A DNA stretch of 64,000 nucleotides from Dehalococcoidia bacterium (GTDB lineage: Bacteria > Chloroflexota > Dehalococcoidia > Lucifugimonadales > JADFKI01), in contig OZ241992.1 of assembly GCA_965204445.1 (NCBI GenBank), forward strand, positions 2,369,773 to 2,433,772. Direction: 5' to 3'. This document shows, one piece after another, positions 25,493 to 34,981 of this stretch. The notes beneath the pieces were generated by a model, which saw only the letters and a list, made by a program, of their open reading frames with translations, had not been told where the DNA came from and did no database searches. How positions within the stretch are numbered: position 1 is the stretch's first letter; each line of letters opens with the position of its first letter. The translations under genes were made by a program, and so were the position numbers.

Positions 25493-27853
25493 TTAGTTAG
25501 AGACGCTTGTCGTAGAGATGTCTAGCGTCAGCATGAAATTGCCGACGGTTTCGATGTGGTAGGTGGTAGCCTCTATGGTGTAGCTGCCCGCCTGCAGTTG
25601 CTCGGTTATTCGAGAGTCGCCCCGGTTGACGATGGAGCCGGAGTTGCCTACGCCCTCTAGCAGGTAGAGGTAGGTGTCCGCCACATCGTCGGACGAGATG
25701 CTGACGGTTACGCTTGACGCGGCCTCAAGCGTGAATGTGTAGAAGCGCGCATAGCGGGTTCCCGCTTTTGCGGTTGCGGGCGTCTTATCCGATAGGCAAT
25801 CGGCGTTCCATGTGCCGGTTAGCCAACCCAATCCGGTCTTGCGAATGCAGCCGGGCGCCAATGTCGACGCTGATGCGCGCGTGGGAGTTGCCGTAGGAAT
25901 GGTCGTAGACGTCGCCGTGGGCGTGGTTTCCAGCACGGTTACCGGCGTATTCGTCGGCGTGGGCGTATGGGTTGGCGTTGCCGTCGGGATGGTTCCTCCA
26001 AGTTCCGCCACTCTATCGGTCAGTGCATCGACGAGCCCGCGCAACGATTCGATAAGCCTATTCAGCGTTCCCATATCTTGGAACGTTCCCGCCCGGTCGC
26101 GCAACGCCCCGACTTGCTCTTCAAACTCGTCTAGCCCACCGCCTATGGGCGTGGACACGCCGGTTGCGGTTGGCGTGAGCGTAGGGGCGAGTTCGTCCGT
26201 GATGACCGTGCTCGTAGGCGTTGGGATAGATTCGCTTGTGGACGAAACGCTTGTGGACGTGGGCGTATGAGTTGCCGTTGCTGTGGGCGCAGGTTCGTCT
26301 GTTGCCGAAACACTCGTGGAAGTCGGCGTAAGCGTGGGTTCGCCTGTGGCTGAAACGCTCGTTGCCGTGGGCGTGTGAGTCGGTGTTGAAGTTGTTGTGG
26401 GAGCAGGCGTTGACGATCCGCTCACACCGAATAGGTGTACCGTTACATAGATTACGTCCGTACCCAATTGGTCATCTGCATCGTTGGTTACTCGGACTTC
26501 CACCCTATGGAAGGGTCTCGACCATGTATTCAGCCTGGCATCTACGGACAGAACGCCCGAAGAAGAAATGGCGAACACGCGCGGCTCGCCTATAGCGGCG
26601 CGGAGCCTAAACTTAATGGCGTCTCCGTCCGGATCGCAGGCATCGAAATCCTCCAACACCGTGCGCGTTAGCGAATCTCCGTCTATCCAATAAACCGGAT
26701 CTCTTCCTCTAGAGAAGGTAGTGCGTGGTCGGGCTGTGGCGCAGTCTGTGTCATCATAGACGAAGTAAGGCGGACTGTTGACAAGCGTGGGCGTATGAGT
26801 AGGCTCAGGCGTAGGCGTAAGAGTTGGGATTGGCGTTTCTATGGGCGCAGATGTGGCCGGCGGCGTTGACTCGCCAAATTGGTTTTTGCCCCAGCATACT
26901 ACAGCGCCATCCGCGCGAAGACCGCACTTATGGCTCCCGCCACCGCTTATGGATGCGAAGGTTTCACCCGCAGGCGGCGTTGTTTGACCATAATCGTTAA
27001 GCCCCCAGCATACTGCGACTCCGTCATTTCGCAATCCGCAAGTATGCCGAGCGCCGGCGCTTATAGACGCGAAGGTTTCACCCGCAGGCGGCGTTGACTG
27101 ACCGAATCCGTCATAACCCCAACATACCGCAGCGCCATCCGCGCGAAGACCGCAGGCATGACGATGTCCGGCGCTTATGGATGCGAAGGTTTCATCCGCA
27201 GGAGGCGTTGACTGACCGAACCTGTTATCGCCCCAGCATACTGCGGCGCCGTCATTTCGCAGTCCGCAGGTATAAGACGTATTAGCGCTTATAGACGCGA
27301 ATGCGCCCGCAGGAGGCGTTGCCTCGCCATGTATGTTACGCCCTCCCCAGCATACTGCCGCGCCATCCGCGCGAAGACCGCAAGTATGAGAGTAACCGAC
27401 ACTTGCAACGCTTGCAACGCTTATAGACGCGAATGCGCCCGTAGGGGACGTTGGAGGCGCTGACCTATTGTACTTGGCATCACCCCAGCACACTGCCGCA
27501 CCATCCGCGCGAATACCGCAGGCGTGGCGGAATCCAGTGCTAATAGATGTGAAGACACCTGACGGCGGAGAAATCTGATCATGCGCGTTAAGTCCCCAGC
27601 ATACTGCAGCGCCATCCGTGCGAATACCGCAGGTGAGACCGTCTCCGGCGCTTACGGCGCTGAATGTCATTGCGCGCGGTGTGCTTGTGGATGTGGGCGT
27701 GTTGTCGACGCCCTGCTGCGCGCTTGCGTCGTCCGCATTTGCGAGCAGGGTGAACAGCAGCAACGCCACCACTGTGAGGGCGGTGAGGAAGTAGAGCGCG
27801 GATTTAGAACCTATGAACGGGGGGGGGGGGGGGGTAAATCGTATGTTCGGCAT
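25493..27853 (-). CDS. secreted RCC1-repeat protein with beta-sandwich (cadherin-like) domain, Thr/Pro linkers and C-terminal PPC-like domain
   Basis: 786 aa. Signal/TM segment 'ALYFLTALTVVALLLFTLLANA'. About seven repeats of 'H.CGLRADGAAVCWG.N.FGQSTPP'. T/P/S-rich linkers. The C-terminus 'YARFYTFTLEAASSVTVSISSDD..TYLYLL' is pre-peptidase-C-terminal-like. Confidence 0.8.
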   Translation of the reverse strand: MPNIRFTPPPPPFIGSKSALYFLTALTVVALLLFTLLANADDASAQQGVDNTPTSTSTPRAMTFSAVSAGDGLTCGIRTDGAAVCWGLNAHDQISPPSGVFTSISTGFRHACGIRADGAAVCWGDAKYNRSAPPTSPTGAFASISVASVASVGYSHTCGLRADGAAVCWGGRNIHGEATPPAGAFASISANTSYTCGLRNDGAAVCWGDNRFGQSTPPADETFASISAGHRHACGLRADGAAVCWGYDGFGQSTPPAGETFASISAGARHTCGLRNDGVAVCWGLNDYGQTTPPAGETFASISGGGSHKCGLRADGAVVCWGKNQFGESTPPATSAPIETPIPTLTPTPEPTHTPTLVNSPPYFVYDDTDCATARPRTTFSRGRDPVYWIDGDSLTRTVLEDFDACDPDGDAIKFRLRAAIGEPRVFAISSSGVLSVDARLNTWSRPFHRVEVRVTNDADDQLGTDVIYVTVHLFGVSGSSTPAPTTTSTPTHTPTATSVSATGEPTLTPTSTSVSATDEPAPTATATHTPTSTSVSSTSESIPTPTSTVITDELAPTLTPTATGVSTPIGGGLDEFEEQVGALRDRAGTFQDMGTLNRLIESLRGLVDALTDRVAELGGTIPTATPTHTPTPTNTPVTVLETTPTATSTTIPTATPTRASASTLAPGCIRKTGLGWLTGTWNADCLSDKTPATAKAGTRYARFYTFTLEAASSVTVSISSDDVADTYLYLLEGVGNSGSIVNRGDSRITEQLQAGSYTIEATTYHIETVGNFMLTLDISTTSVSN
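26850..27670 (-). repeat. about 114-120-bp tandem coding repeats (RCC1 blades)
   Basis: The recurrent DNA words GCGCCATCCGCGCGAAGACCGCA and CCCCAGCATACTGC are seen six to seven times. Confidence 0.8.
27819..27834 (-). repeat. 16-nt homopolymer (poly-C on the coding strand) in codons 7-12 of the RCC1-repeat gene
   Basis: The plus strand carries G16. It encodes 'TPPPPPF' between the ATG and the signal peptide. Confidence 0.95.
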
Positions 27854-28017
27854 GCTACTACTCCATTCACTAAGGTTGAGGGCTTATGAATAATGATACG
27901 CCGCTAATTTACGGAAGTCAAATGGGGATTGGCAGAAATTGACGGGGATGGCAAATCTTAGCTGATATTTCAAATCTATAAGCGTTGCAATTTGAGAATA
28001 CCTACTGGGAATGCCAA

Positions 28018-28047
28018 TTGACGCCTAGATTAGGGCGGACATATAAT
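28018..28047 (+). promoter_or_regulatory. sigma-70-like promoter candidate for the SDR gene
   Basis: TTGACG (28018-28023), an 18-nt spacer, then TATAAT (28042-28047). Confidence 0.5.
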
Positions 28048-28155
28048 CCGACGGGCAGTTACCCGACGGGGCGCTGTCAACGTTCGCCTTGCGCCCGTTC
28101 TGCGCGACGAAGCGAACAACCTAGCTAGATGGAATGCAATGGGAAGGATGACAAT

Positions 28156-28905
28156 ATGACGGAAACGGCATCCCGTCTAGCGGGCAAAGTGGCCGTAGTA
28201 ACCGGCGCGGGCAGGGGCATCGGCAGGGCGATCGCGGTGGGGTTTGCGGCCGAAGGCGCATCGGTGTGTTGCGCCGCGCGCACTAAATCCGAAATCGATG
28301 AGGTGGCGCGGCTGATAGAGATCGACGGCGGCAGCGCGCTTGCCGTGCAAGCGGATGTAACGCAACTGGCGGATGTGGATGCGATGCACAGGGCGGCGGC
28401 GGAGCGGTTCGGCGGCATAGACATCGTGGTTGTGAATGCCGGCGGCAACCTAGAACGCGGCCGCATAGAAGACGGCGACTCCGAGGCATGGACGGCTACC
28501 ATCGACCTGAATCTCAAGGGCGCATACTACACCGCAAAGAGCGCGCTGCCCTATCTGAAGCGGCGCGGCGGCAAAATCATCACCATAGGATCCGGCATTG
28601 GACACAACGGGCAGATCGGATCGTCCGCCTACGCCTGCGCCAAGGCGGGCTTGTGGATGCTCACGCGCGTTTTGGCGCAAGAGGTATGGCAGCATAACAT
28701 CAGCGTCAACGAACTTGTTCCAGGCCCCGTAGCAACGCCGGGCGCAACCGCGGCGTGGGCGCAGGAAGAGCGCAGCGTGAACGCCATCGACAGCGAATGG
28801 GTGAAGGAAGCCGATGATGTGCTGCCGCTCGCCATATTCCTCGCCACGCAACCAGTGAAGGGGCCGACGGCGCAGAGCTTCAGCCTGATGCGGCGGGATA
28901 CTTAG
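28156..28905 (+). CDS. short-chain dehydrogenase/reductase (SDR)
   Basis: 'KVAVVTGAGRGIGRA' (TGxxxGxG) and 'YACAKAG' (YxxxK). The ATG at 28156 follows GGAAGGA. The ORF track opens at 28129. Confidence 0.9.
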   Translation: MTETASRLAGKVAVVTGAGRGIGRAIAVGFAAEGASVCCAARTKSEIDEVARLIEIDGGSALAVQADVTQLADVDAMHRAAAERFGGIDIVVVNAGGNLERGRIEDGDSEAWTATIDLNLKGAYYTAKSALPYLKRRGGKIITIGSGIGHNGQIGSSAYACAKAGLWMLTRVLAQEVWQHNISVNELVPGPVATPGATAAWAQEERSVNAIDSEWVKEADDVLPLAIFLATQPVKGPTAQSFSLMRRDT

Positions 28906-28968
28906 ACGGGATGCGAGGGCATCGCCTAGAAATTGCATTATCTACATGACGCAGAATTGGCGGCGCAA

Positions 28969-29664
28969 TTAGACGATATGCGGCGCGCCGACGGCATCAA
29001 GCAACGCGTCTGCGCCTACGCATTCCGTTAGCACGCCGAACTCGCTGCCAAACGCCTGCGTTACCGCGCGCATCGCGTCCGATACGCCGACGTCGCGCCC
29101 AAGTTCGCGCGCCACTGAGGTAACGCGTCCGTCCGGGATGCCGCACGGCACGATGTAATCGAACAAGCGCAAGTCCGGGCATACATTCAGCGCGAAGCCG
29201 TGCAGCGTAACGCCGCGGCTCACGCGCACGCCTATCGCCGCTATCTTGGCGTCGCCCACCCATACGCCGATGGGCTTGCCCGCGCACTCGCCGCGTATGC
29301 CGAAATCCGCAAGCGCGCGTATAAGCGTCTGCTGCAATTGGCGCACATACCCGCGCACGCCGCCGCTCCGCCCGCGCAACCCGATTATGGGATAGCCAAC
29401 TAGTTGCCCGGGTCCGTGATAGGTGGTTTCGCCGCCCCTGTCCGTGAATTCCACTTGGACGCCAAGCGCGTCGAGCGTGGATTGTGGCGCAAGAATATCG
29501 GACTGCCGCCCGCGACGCCCCAGCGTATAGACATTGGGATGCTCCAACAGCAGCAACAGATTGGGCAGCGCGCCGGCGATAACTTGGCTATGCAATCGTC
29601 GTTGCAAGCGGTATGCGGCGCTGTACTCCATAAGTCCAAGCGAGGCTACCCAACAAGTGTTCAT
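28969..29664 (-). CDS. lipB: octanoyltransferase (lipoyl(octanoyl) transferase)
   Basis: 231 aa with 'TDRGGETTYHGPGQLVGYP' and 'KIAAIGVRVSRGVTLHGFALN'. Confidence 0.9.
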   Translation of the reverse strand: MNTCWVASLGLMEYSAAYRLQRRLHSQVIAGALPNLLLLLEHPNVYTLGRRGRQSDILAPQSTLDALGVQVEFTDRGGETTYHGPGQLVGYPIIGLRGRSGGVRGYVRQLQQTLIRALADFGIRGECAGKPIGVWVGDAKIAAIGVRVSRGVTLHGFALNVCPDLRLFDYIVPCGIPDGRVTSVARELGRDVGVSDAMRAVTQAFGSEFGVLTECVGADALLDAVGAPHIV

Positions 29665-29720
29665 AGACAGGCGCTCATAGATATGCCGATATGCCGCGAT
29701 GTGCCTTTGCGCGAAATCGG

Positions 29721-30131
29721 CTAACGGGGCAGTACGGGGAAGGATTGCTTGGCGAAGCCGCTATCGAAGGTGAATATATGAGCATCCAAATTTCTGGATA
29801 CCAACGCCACCGTCCAGTCCACGAAACTCAGCCCGGCGCCCTGATTTTCCATCAAGAGATTCCACGCGCGGTTATGAAATGCGCTTTCAATCCAGAAGGC
29901 GCTTACTACCCCGTCTATCCCGCTTATGAAGTCTGAAACGGCACTGAACCCCAAGCGGTTCTGAATCAAGGCTATCGTTTCCACAAGGACGTATGAGGTA
30001 GTCCATAGCTCCCGTTCATGGTCTATCAGGTGTCCGTATGTATCTCGCGCACTCTCGTGAAAAGCATCCTTACCGGAGACAAGCGCATAGAAAGCGGAGG
30101 TGTCTATAACCACTCTTTCGTTAAGCGCCAT
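29721..30131 (-). CDS. PIN-domain toxin (VapC-like)
   Basis: 136 aa. Acidic residues are in PIN positions ('VVIDTSAF', 'LVETIAL', 'FVDWTVAL', 'FTFDSGF'). The ORF overlaps the upstream ORF by 11 nt. Confidence 0.8.
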   Translation of the reverse strand: MALNERVVIDTSAFYALVSGKDAFHESARDTYGHLIDHERELWTTSYVLVETIALIQNRLGFSAVSDFISGIDGVVSAFWIESAFHNRAWNLLMENQGAGLSFVDWTVALVSRNLDAHIFTFDSGFAKQSFPVLPR

Positions 30132-30783
30132 GAGGATCTATCTCCGCCAGATATTCGTCGTGGCGCAGGGCGACGTCCGTCTTTGTATCCTGACCTATGC
30201 CGACAAAGGCGAGCATCTTACGGCGCTGCTTGACTTTGTGAGGCGAAACGCTAATGGATATGAGGCGCATATCTCTATCTAACCCAAGCAAGACGCCTTT
30301 TACCAATGAAACTTCGCTTATGACTTCGCGCGGCGGATGCTCATCGGAAATCACGATTTTCTCCGATTTCTTGAAAGAAGCGGGGCGTTTGCCTACGACT
30401 GCCTTGAGCAGATTGGACAAGGTTTCGTAGTTCGCTTCCGACGGCAGGCTATCATCCCTAATGAGAAACGCGCAACGCTCCAGGCCTTTTACGGCTTCAT
30501 CCACCGTCGCATCCCCGGATGCTGCCTTTGCCAGCGTTTCGGTTAGCGCGTCTTGGTGACGCTTCACTTCCCGCTCGGTCAAGCCAAAGGTTGACTTATG
30601 CAGGCGTCGCGGCGAGTTCATAGCGTCAAGCATCTGAGCGACGTCAGGCATATCGGAGCGAAACTTTTGGGGATTGGCGGCGTACTTGGAGTACAGCAGC
30701 TTCGCCAATGCGTGGGCATCGGGCTCGGGCGTTTGTGTCGTATTCATAATAGCGTCTTTTCCCTGCGCTAGGGCGGTATCCAT
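30121..30783 (-). CDS. putative cognate antitoxin, unusually long
   Basis: About 220 aa (alternative start at 30747). The C-terminal '...KMLAFVGIGQDTKTDVALRHDEYLAE' resembles the tail of AbrB/SpoVT-type VapB antitoxins. The N-terminal roughly 130 aa are unrecognised. Confidence 0.55.
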   Translation of the reverse strand: MDTALAQGKDAIMNTTQTPEPDAHALAKLLYSKYAANPQKFRSDMPDVAQMLDAMNSPRRLHKSTFGLTEREVKRHQDALTETLAKAASGDATVDEAVKGLERCAFLIRDDSLPSEANYETLSNLLKAVVGKRPASFKKSEKIVISDEHPPREVISEVSLVKGVLLGLDRDMRLISISVSPHKVKQRRKMLAFVGIGQDTKTDVALRHDEYLAEIDPHGA

Positions 30784-30797
30784 TTTAGCGCGCGCCG

Positions 30798-32165
30798 TTA
30801 GTATATCCCCGTATCGTCCGCAATCGCCTCTATGCGGTGCTTGACGGCGTTGGTGAAGGCGGACGCTTCCGCGCCGTCCATGATGCGATGGTCGAATGTT
30901 AGGCATATGTTCATCATAGATCGGATGGCGATTGCGTCGCCCACCACCATGGGGCGTTTGACTATCGACTCTGTGGTCAGGATTGCCGCCTGCGGATGGT
31001 TTATGATGGGTTGCGACGCCACGGATCCCAGCGCGCCGGTGTTGTTCAGCGTGAATGTGCCGAATTGAACATCATCTACGCTAAGCCTGCCTTGCCGCGC
31101 TCGCTGCGTCAAGTCCGCCACGCGCTTTGCTATGCCCGCAACGCTCAGCGTATCGGCGTCCCGAATGACCGGCACAACCAGCCCATCGGGGGCGGCGACC
31201 GCTATGCCGATGTTGACGCGCTTTTTGAGCAGTATGGCGTCGCCGTCCCACGATGAGTTGAGCAGCGGGTTCTCTTTCAGCGATTGCGCGACGGCTTTCA
31301 CCACAAAGGCAAGGTAGGTTATGTTGACGCCCTCGCGCTGCCGAAAGGCGTCCTTGACGGCTTCGCGCTGCCGCACAAGCCCGCTCACATCAACTTCGGT
31401 TATGCTCCACGCCGCCGGTATTTCGGATGCGCTCCGCGCCATATTGGCGGCAATCATACGGCGCACGGCGGACAGCGGCACGTGCTCTTCGTCCGCGCTG
31501 CCGGCGGGCGTTGCTTGTGTTTGCGCGGCGGCGGGCGATACCGCGGTTGAATCGGCAACGGCGGGCGGCGCTGTGGGCGTATCGGCGGCGGGCGCTACTT
31601 GCGCTTGCGCGGCGGTCTCTATGAACGCAAGCACATCTTTGCGCGTGATGCGCCCGTTTATGCCACTGCCGCTTACCTGCGTTAGGTCGACGCCATTCTG
31701 TTCGGCAAGGCGCGTTACGGCGGGCGAATAGCGGCGGCGTTTGCCGGCGGGCGGCGGTGGTTCGACGGCTTGCGATGCGGCGGCGCTTTCGATTGCGCCC
31801 GAACCGGTGGGTCCGACAGGCGCGACGTCTTTCAGCAATACGCCGGTGCGGTCGATGTTCTCAGACGGCGGCGGTTGGTCGGACGCAACGGTGGGTTGCC
31901 GCTCGACGGGATGCGAATCGGTTTCGGATTCGCTCTCAGTTCGTATCGCGGCTATGGGAGCGCCCATCGGGACGGTCTGTCCCTCATCGACGAGAATTTC
32001 GGTCAGCACGCCCGCCGTGGGCGCGGGCAGTTCCATGCTGACCTTATCGGTGAGGATTTCGGCTATCACGTCGTACTTCTCTACGCGGTCGCCCACCTGC
32101 TTCAGCCACTGAGTTATTGTGCCCTCAGTTACGGACTCGCCAACCTGTGGAAGCTCAATTATCAT
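30798..32165 (-). CDS. 2-oxoacid dehydrogenase E2 (dihydrolipoamide acyltransferase)
   Basis: Lipoyl domain 'ILTDKVSMELPAP', an Ala/Pro linker, an E3-binding region and the catalytic motif 'LTFDHRIMDGAEA'. Confidence 0.9.
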   Translation of the reverse strand: MIIELPQVGESVTEGTITQWLKQVGDRVEKYDVIAEILTDKVSMELPAPTAGVLTEILVDEGQTVPMGAPIAAIRTESESETDSHPVERQPTVASDQPPPSENIDRTGVLLKDVAPVGPTGSGAIESAAASQAVEPPPPAGKRRRYSPAVTRLAEQNGVDLTQVSGSGINGRITRKDVLAFIETAAQAQVAPAADTPTAPPAVADSTAVSPAAAQTQATPAGSADEEHVPLSAVRRMIAANMARSASEIPAAWSITEVDVSGLVRQREAVKDAFRQREGVNITYLAFVVKAVAQSLKENPLLNSSWDGDAILLKKRVNIGIAVAAPDGLVVPVIRDADTLSVAGIAKRVADLTQRARQGRLSVDDVQFGTFTLNNTGALGSVASQPIINHPQAAILTTESIVKRPMVVGDAIAIRSMMNICLTFDHRIMDGAEASAFTNAVKHRIEAIADDTGIY

Positions 32166-32264
32166 CGCCTCACCCTGCGAACCGAATATGTGAATAGCCG
32201 ATTGTCAGTAATCGGTTCGCGCTTAAAATTCGCCTATCGCCAACCGACGATTGAACGCCCAAAC

Positions 32265-33248
32265 CTAGTACGCCGCAAGATTGCGAACAGCGTCGGCGAT
32301 TTTCTGTGAATCCAGCATATAGAGCGCTTCGAGCGGCGGGCTGTACGGCATTGCCGGCACTTCGGGGCCGGCGAGCCGCCGCACGGGAGCGTCCAGATAC
32401 TCAAACGCCTCTTCCGCAATAATCGCCGCCACTTCGCCGCCGATGCCGCCAATCTTGTTGTCTTCGTGAACCACCAGCGCCTTGCCCGTCTTCCTGACGG
32501 ATGCCAGCACGGCGTCCGCGTCCAATGGGCGCAGCGTCCGCAAGTCCACCACCTCTACGCTAATGCCCTCATCCGCAAGCGTCTGCGCCGCCTCAAGGCA
32601 GTGATGCGCCATCAGTCCGTAGGTTATGACCGATACATCATCGCCCGCGCGCTTCACATCCGCCTTGCCGATTGGCAGGGTATATTCGGCATCGGGGACT
32701 TCGCCGCGCACAAGCCGATATGTGCGCTTGTGTTCCAAGAATATGACGGGGTCGTCGTCCCGTATCGCGCTCTTGAGCAGCCCCTTGGCGTCATAGGGCG
32801 TTGCGGGCGCGATTACCTTCAAGCCGGGCGTGTGGCAGAAGTACGCTTCCGCGCTCTGCGAGTGGTAGAGAGCGCCGCGCACGCCGCCGCCCTCAGGCGT
32901 GCGCACCACCAGCGGAACGCCGAGTTTGCCATTTGTGCCGTAGCGCACGCGCGCCGCTTCGCCTACAATCTGATTGAACACGGGCCAGATGAAGTCCGCG
33001 AACTGAATCTCGGCAATCGGACGCATGCCGCTGATAGCCGCGCCTAGCGCTATGCCCGCAATAGACGATTCCGCGAGCGGCGTGTCTATGACGCGCGCAT
33101 CGCCGAATTCGTCCGCAAAGCCGTCGGTGGCAAGGAACACGCCTCCGCGCGCGCCCACATCTTCGCCCAGCACAAAGACGCGCTCATCGCGCCGCATCTC
33201 TTCGCGCATAGCGTCGCGCACAGCCTCAAGCACATTCTTCACAGCCAT
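32265..33248 (-). CDS. 2-oxoacid dehydrogenase E1 beta subunit
   Basis: 327 aa with 'VFVLGEDVG..GGVF' and 'DTPLAESSIAG', typical of the E1 beta subunit. Confidence 0.9.
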   Translation of the reverse strand: MAVKNVLEAVRDAMREEMRRDERVFVLGEDVGARGGVFLATDGFADEFGDARVIDTPLAESSIAGIALGAAISGMRPIAEIQFADFIWPVFNQIVGEAARVRYGTNGKLGVPLVVRTPEGGGVRGALYHSQSAEAYFCHTPGLKVIAPATPYDAKGLLKSAIRDDDPVIFLEHKRTYRLVRGEVPDAEYTLPIGKADVKRAGDDVSVITYGLMAHHCLEAAQTLADEGISVEVVDLRTLRPLDADAVLASVRKTGKALVVHEDNKIGGIGGEVAAIIAEEAFEYLDAPVRRLAGPEVPAMPYSPPLEALYMLDSQKIADAVRNLAAY

Positions 33249-33303
33249 CGCATCCGCTCCAATCCGGTTGCATTCACCGCTATTCTATCCAACCCGCCGC
33301 CAG

Positions 33304-34293
33304 TTATTCGGCGTACACATACCGCATAAAGTCGTGGGTTTGGGGATACGCCGCGGTTTCCACAAAATCGGTTGCGGCGTTCACTTCGGCGAGCGCATCC
33401 CCGCGCATGCGGGCGGCCGCGGCATCGTCCAATATGCCCAGCTCAGACAGGCGCGCGCCGAACAGCGCAAGCGGATCGCGTTTGCGCGCCTCTTCTATCT
33501 CAGCGCGCGGGCGATAGCGCGTGTCGTCGTCGTCGCTGGTGTGCGGCAGGTAGCGTTCCACCTGCGCCTCTATCAGCGTGGGTCCGTCGCCGCTGCGCGC
33601 GCGGTTCGCCGCCTCTATCGTGGTCTCATATACCGCAACTACATCGCAGCCGTCCACGGACACGCCCGGCATTCCGTAGCCTTCAGCGCGGCTTGCCAGG
33701 CTTTCGACCGCCATCTGCCGATGCAGCGGCACGCTGGTGGCGTACTTGTTGTTTTCGCAGAAGAATATGACCGGCAGTTTATGGATCGCGGCGAAGTTCA
33801 TCGCTTCGTGCGTATCGCCGACGCTGGATGCGCCGTCGCCGAAGTACACGATTGCCAGCGCATCCTCGCGGCGCATACGCAGCGCCAGCGCGGCGCCCAC
33901 GGCTTGCGGAAGCTGCGTCGCCACCACATTGGACAGGTTCACAAGCCCAAGTTCGGGATACGCCCCGTGCGTGGGAAACTGGCGCGCGCCGCTCAGCGGT
34001 TCGCCGTCCTTGGCGGTAAAGCCCAGCATAATTTCGCGCGGCGTCATACCAAGCGTCAGCATTACCGCAAGATCGCGATAGTAGATGTAGAACAGATCCG
34101 TCCCGCGGCGGAGGGCGTATGCGCTGCCAATCTGCGCCGCTTCGTGTCCCTGAGACGATGCTACGATTGCCGCCTTGCCCTGACGGTTCAGCATCCAGAT
34201 GCGCTCGTCCAAAGCGCGGGACAGCGTCATCTTGGCGTACATTTCCAGCAGCGTATCGTTGCTCAGGCCGCTGCCGTTTGCCCCATCAGCCAT
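33304..34293 (-). CDS. 2-oxoacid dehydrogenase E1 alpha subunit (TPP-dependent)
   Basis: 329 aa. TPP-binding motif 'YFGDGASSVGDTHEAMNFAAIHKLPVIFFCENN'. Confidence 0.9.
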   Translation of the reverse strand: MADGANGSGLSNDTLLEMYAKMTLSRALDERIWMLNRQGKAAIVASSQGHEAAQIGSAYALRRGTDLFYIYYRDLAVMLTLGMTPREIMLGFTAKDGEPLSGARQFPTHGAYPELGLVNLSNVVATQLPQAVGAALALRMRREDALAIVYFGDGASSVGDTHEAMNFAAIHKLPVIFFCENNKYATSVPLHRQMAVESLASRAEGYGMPGVSVDGCDVVAVYETTIEAANRARSGDGPTLIEAQVERYLPHTSDDDDTRYRPRAEIEEARKRDPLALFGARLSELGILDDAAAARMRGDALAEVNAATDFVETAAYPQTHDFMRYVYAE

Positions 34294-34540
34294 AGTATCG
34301 CACCCAAAGCGTTCCTTGCGCTTGCCTTCCCTATCTCTATTGCTTCCACATTCGTCTTTATTATATCCAACCGCGCCGTTTCGTCAAAAGCGGCGTTGTC
34401 CTTGCGCCGTCCATTCGCGATACTGCGCGCTGCCGCCGTTTCCACTATCGCTTGCATAGCACGCAACACTACGATAGCGGCGACGGTTGCCGTACGTCGG
34501 CCGCCGTTCACGCATTAGACCCGCAAGCGGCGCGGGCGTG

Positions 34541-34981
34541 TCAGGACTTTCGCAGGCGCAGGGCGACGGCGGTCACGATTGTGGATGTTATCAGGCTCAG
34601 CAGTCCGCCGATGATGATGTCTATGGGGACAAGCGCCCCCGGCCAGTCGCGTATAATCAGGAAGACCGGCACGATGTAAGTGGCGTACGCCGCGCATCCC
34701 AACACGGCGCTGTTGACCATCGCGAGGCGGATGCTGCGCTCTCTGATGGCGGGCTCGATTGCGAAGCGACTGTTCGCGTAGGCAATCAGCGCGAAGAATA
34801 TGATCCCCGCGAAGATAAACCCTATGCCGTTCAAATTATCGCGCTGAATATCCGACAGGGGGCTGCCGCTGGCTTCGTGAAACCGCGCGTACATGCCCAC
34901 CGCGATGGGCGAAAAGTTCCACGCTATATCAATCACGGCGTATATTATGAACGCCGCTATGAACCTGACGAATTGAATCAT
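34541..34981 (-). CDS. small integral membrane protein (DUF2177-like)
   Basis: 146 aa with four hydrophobic segments. The resemblance to DUF2177 is from memory only. Confidence 0.5.
   Translation of the reverse strand: MIQFVRFIAAFIIYAVIDIAWNFSPIAVGMYARFHEASGSPLSDIQRDNLNGIGFIFAGIIFFALIAYANSRFAIEPAIRERSIRLAMVNSAVLGCAAYATYIVPVFLIIRDWPGALVPIDIIIGGLLSLITSTIVTAVALRLRKS

Noticed and set aside
25900-26420. Thr/Pro-rich repeated segments of the RCC1 gene as possible DGR variable or template repeats
   Set aside because: There is no reverse transcriptase gene in the window and no second template copy with adenine-specific differences. The repeats are low-complexity linkers.
33025-34518. Very long antisense ORFs, for example 33025-34518 (497 aa), 53696-54997 (433 aa), 23808-25181 (457 aa), 19597-20454, 43175-44059 and 48143-49000
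   Set aside because: These are shadow ORFs opposite well-supported genes in GC-rich DNA. Their translations are Arg/Ala/His-rich low-complexity sequence with no motifs.
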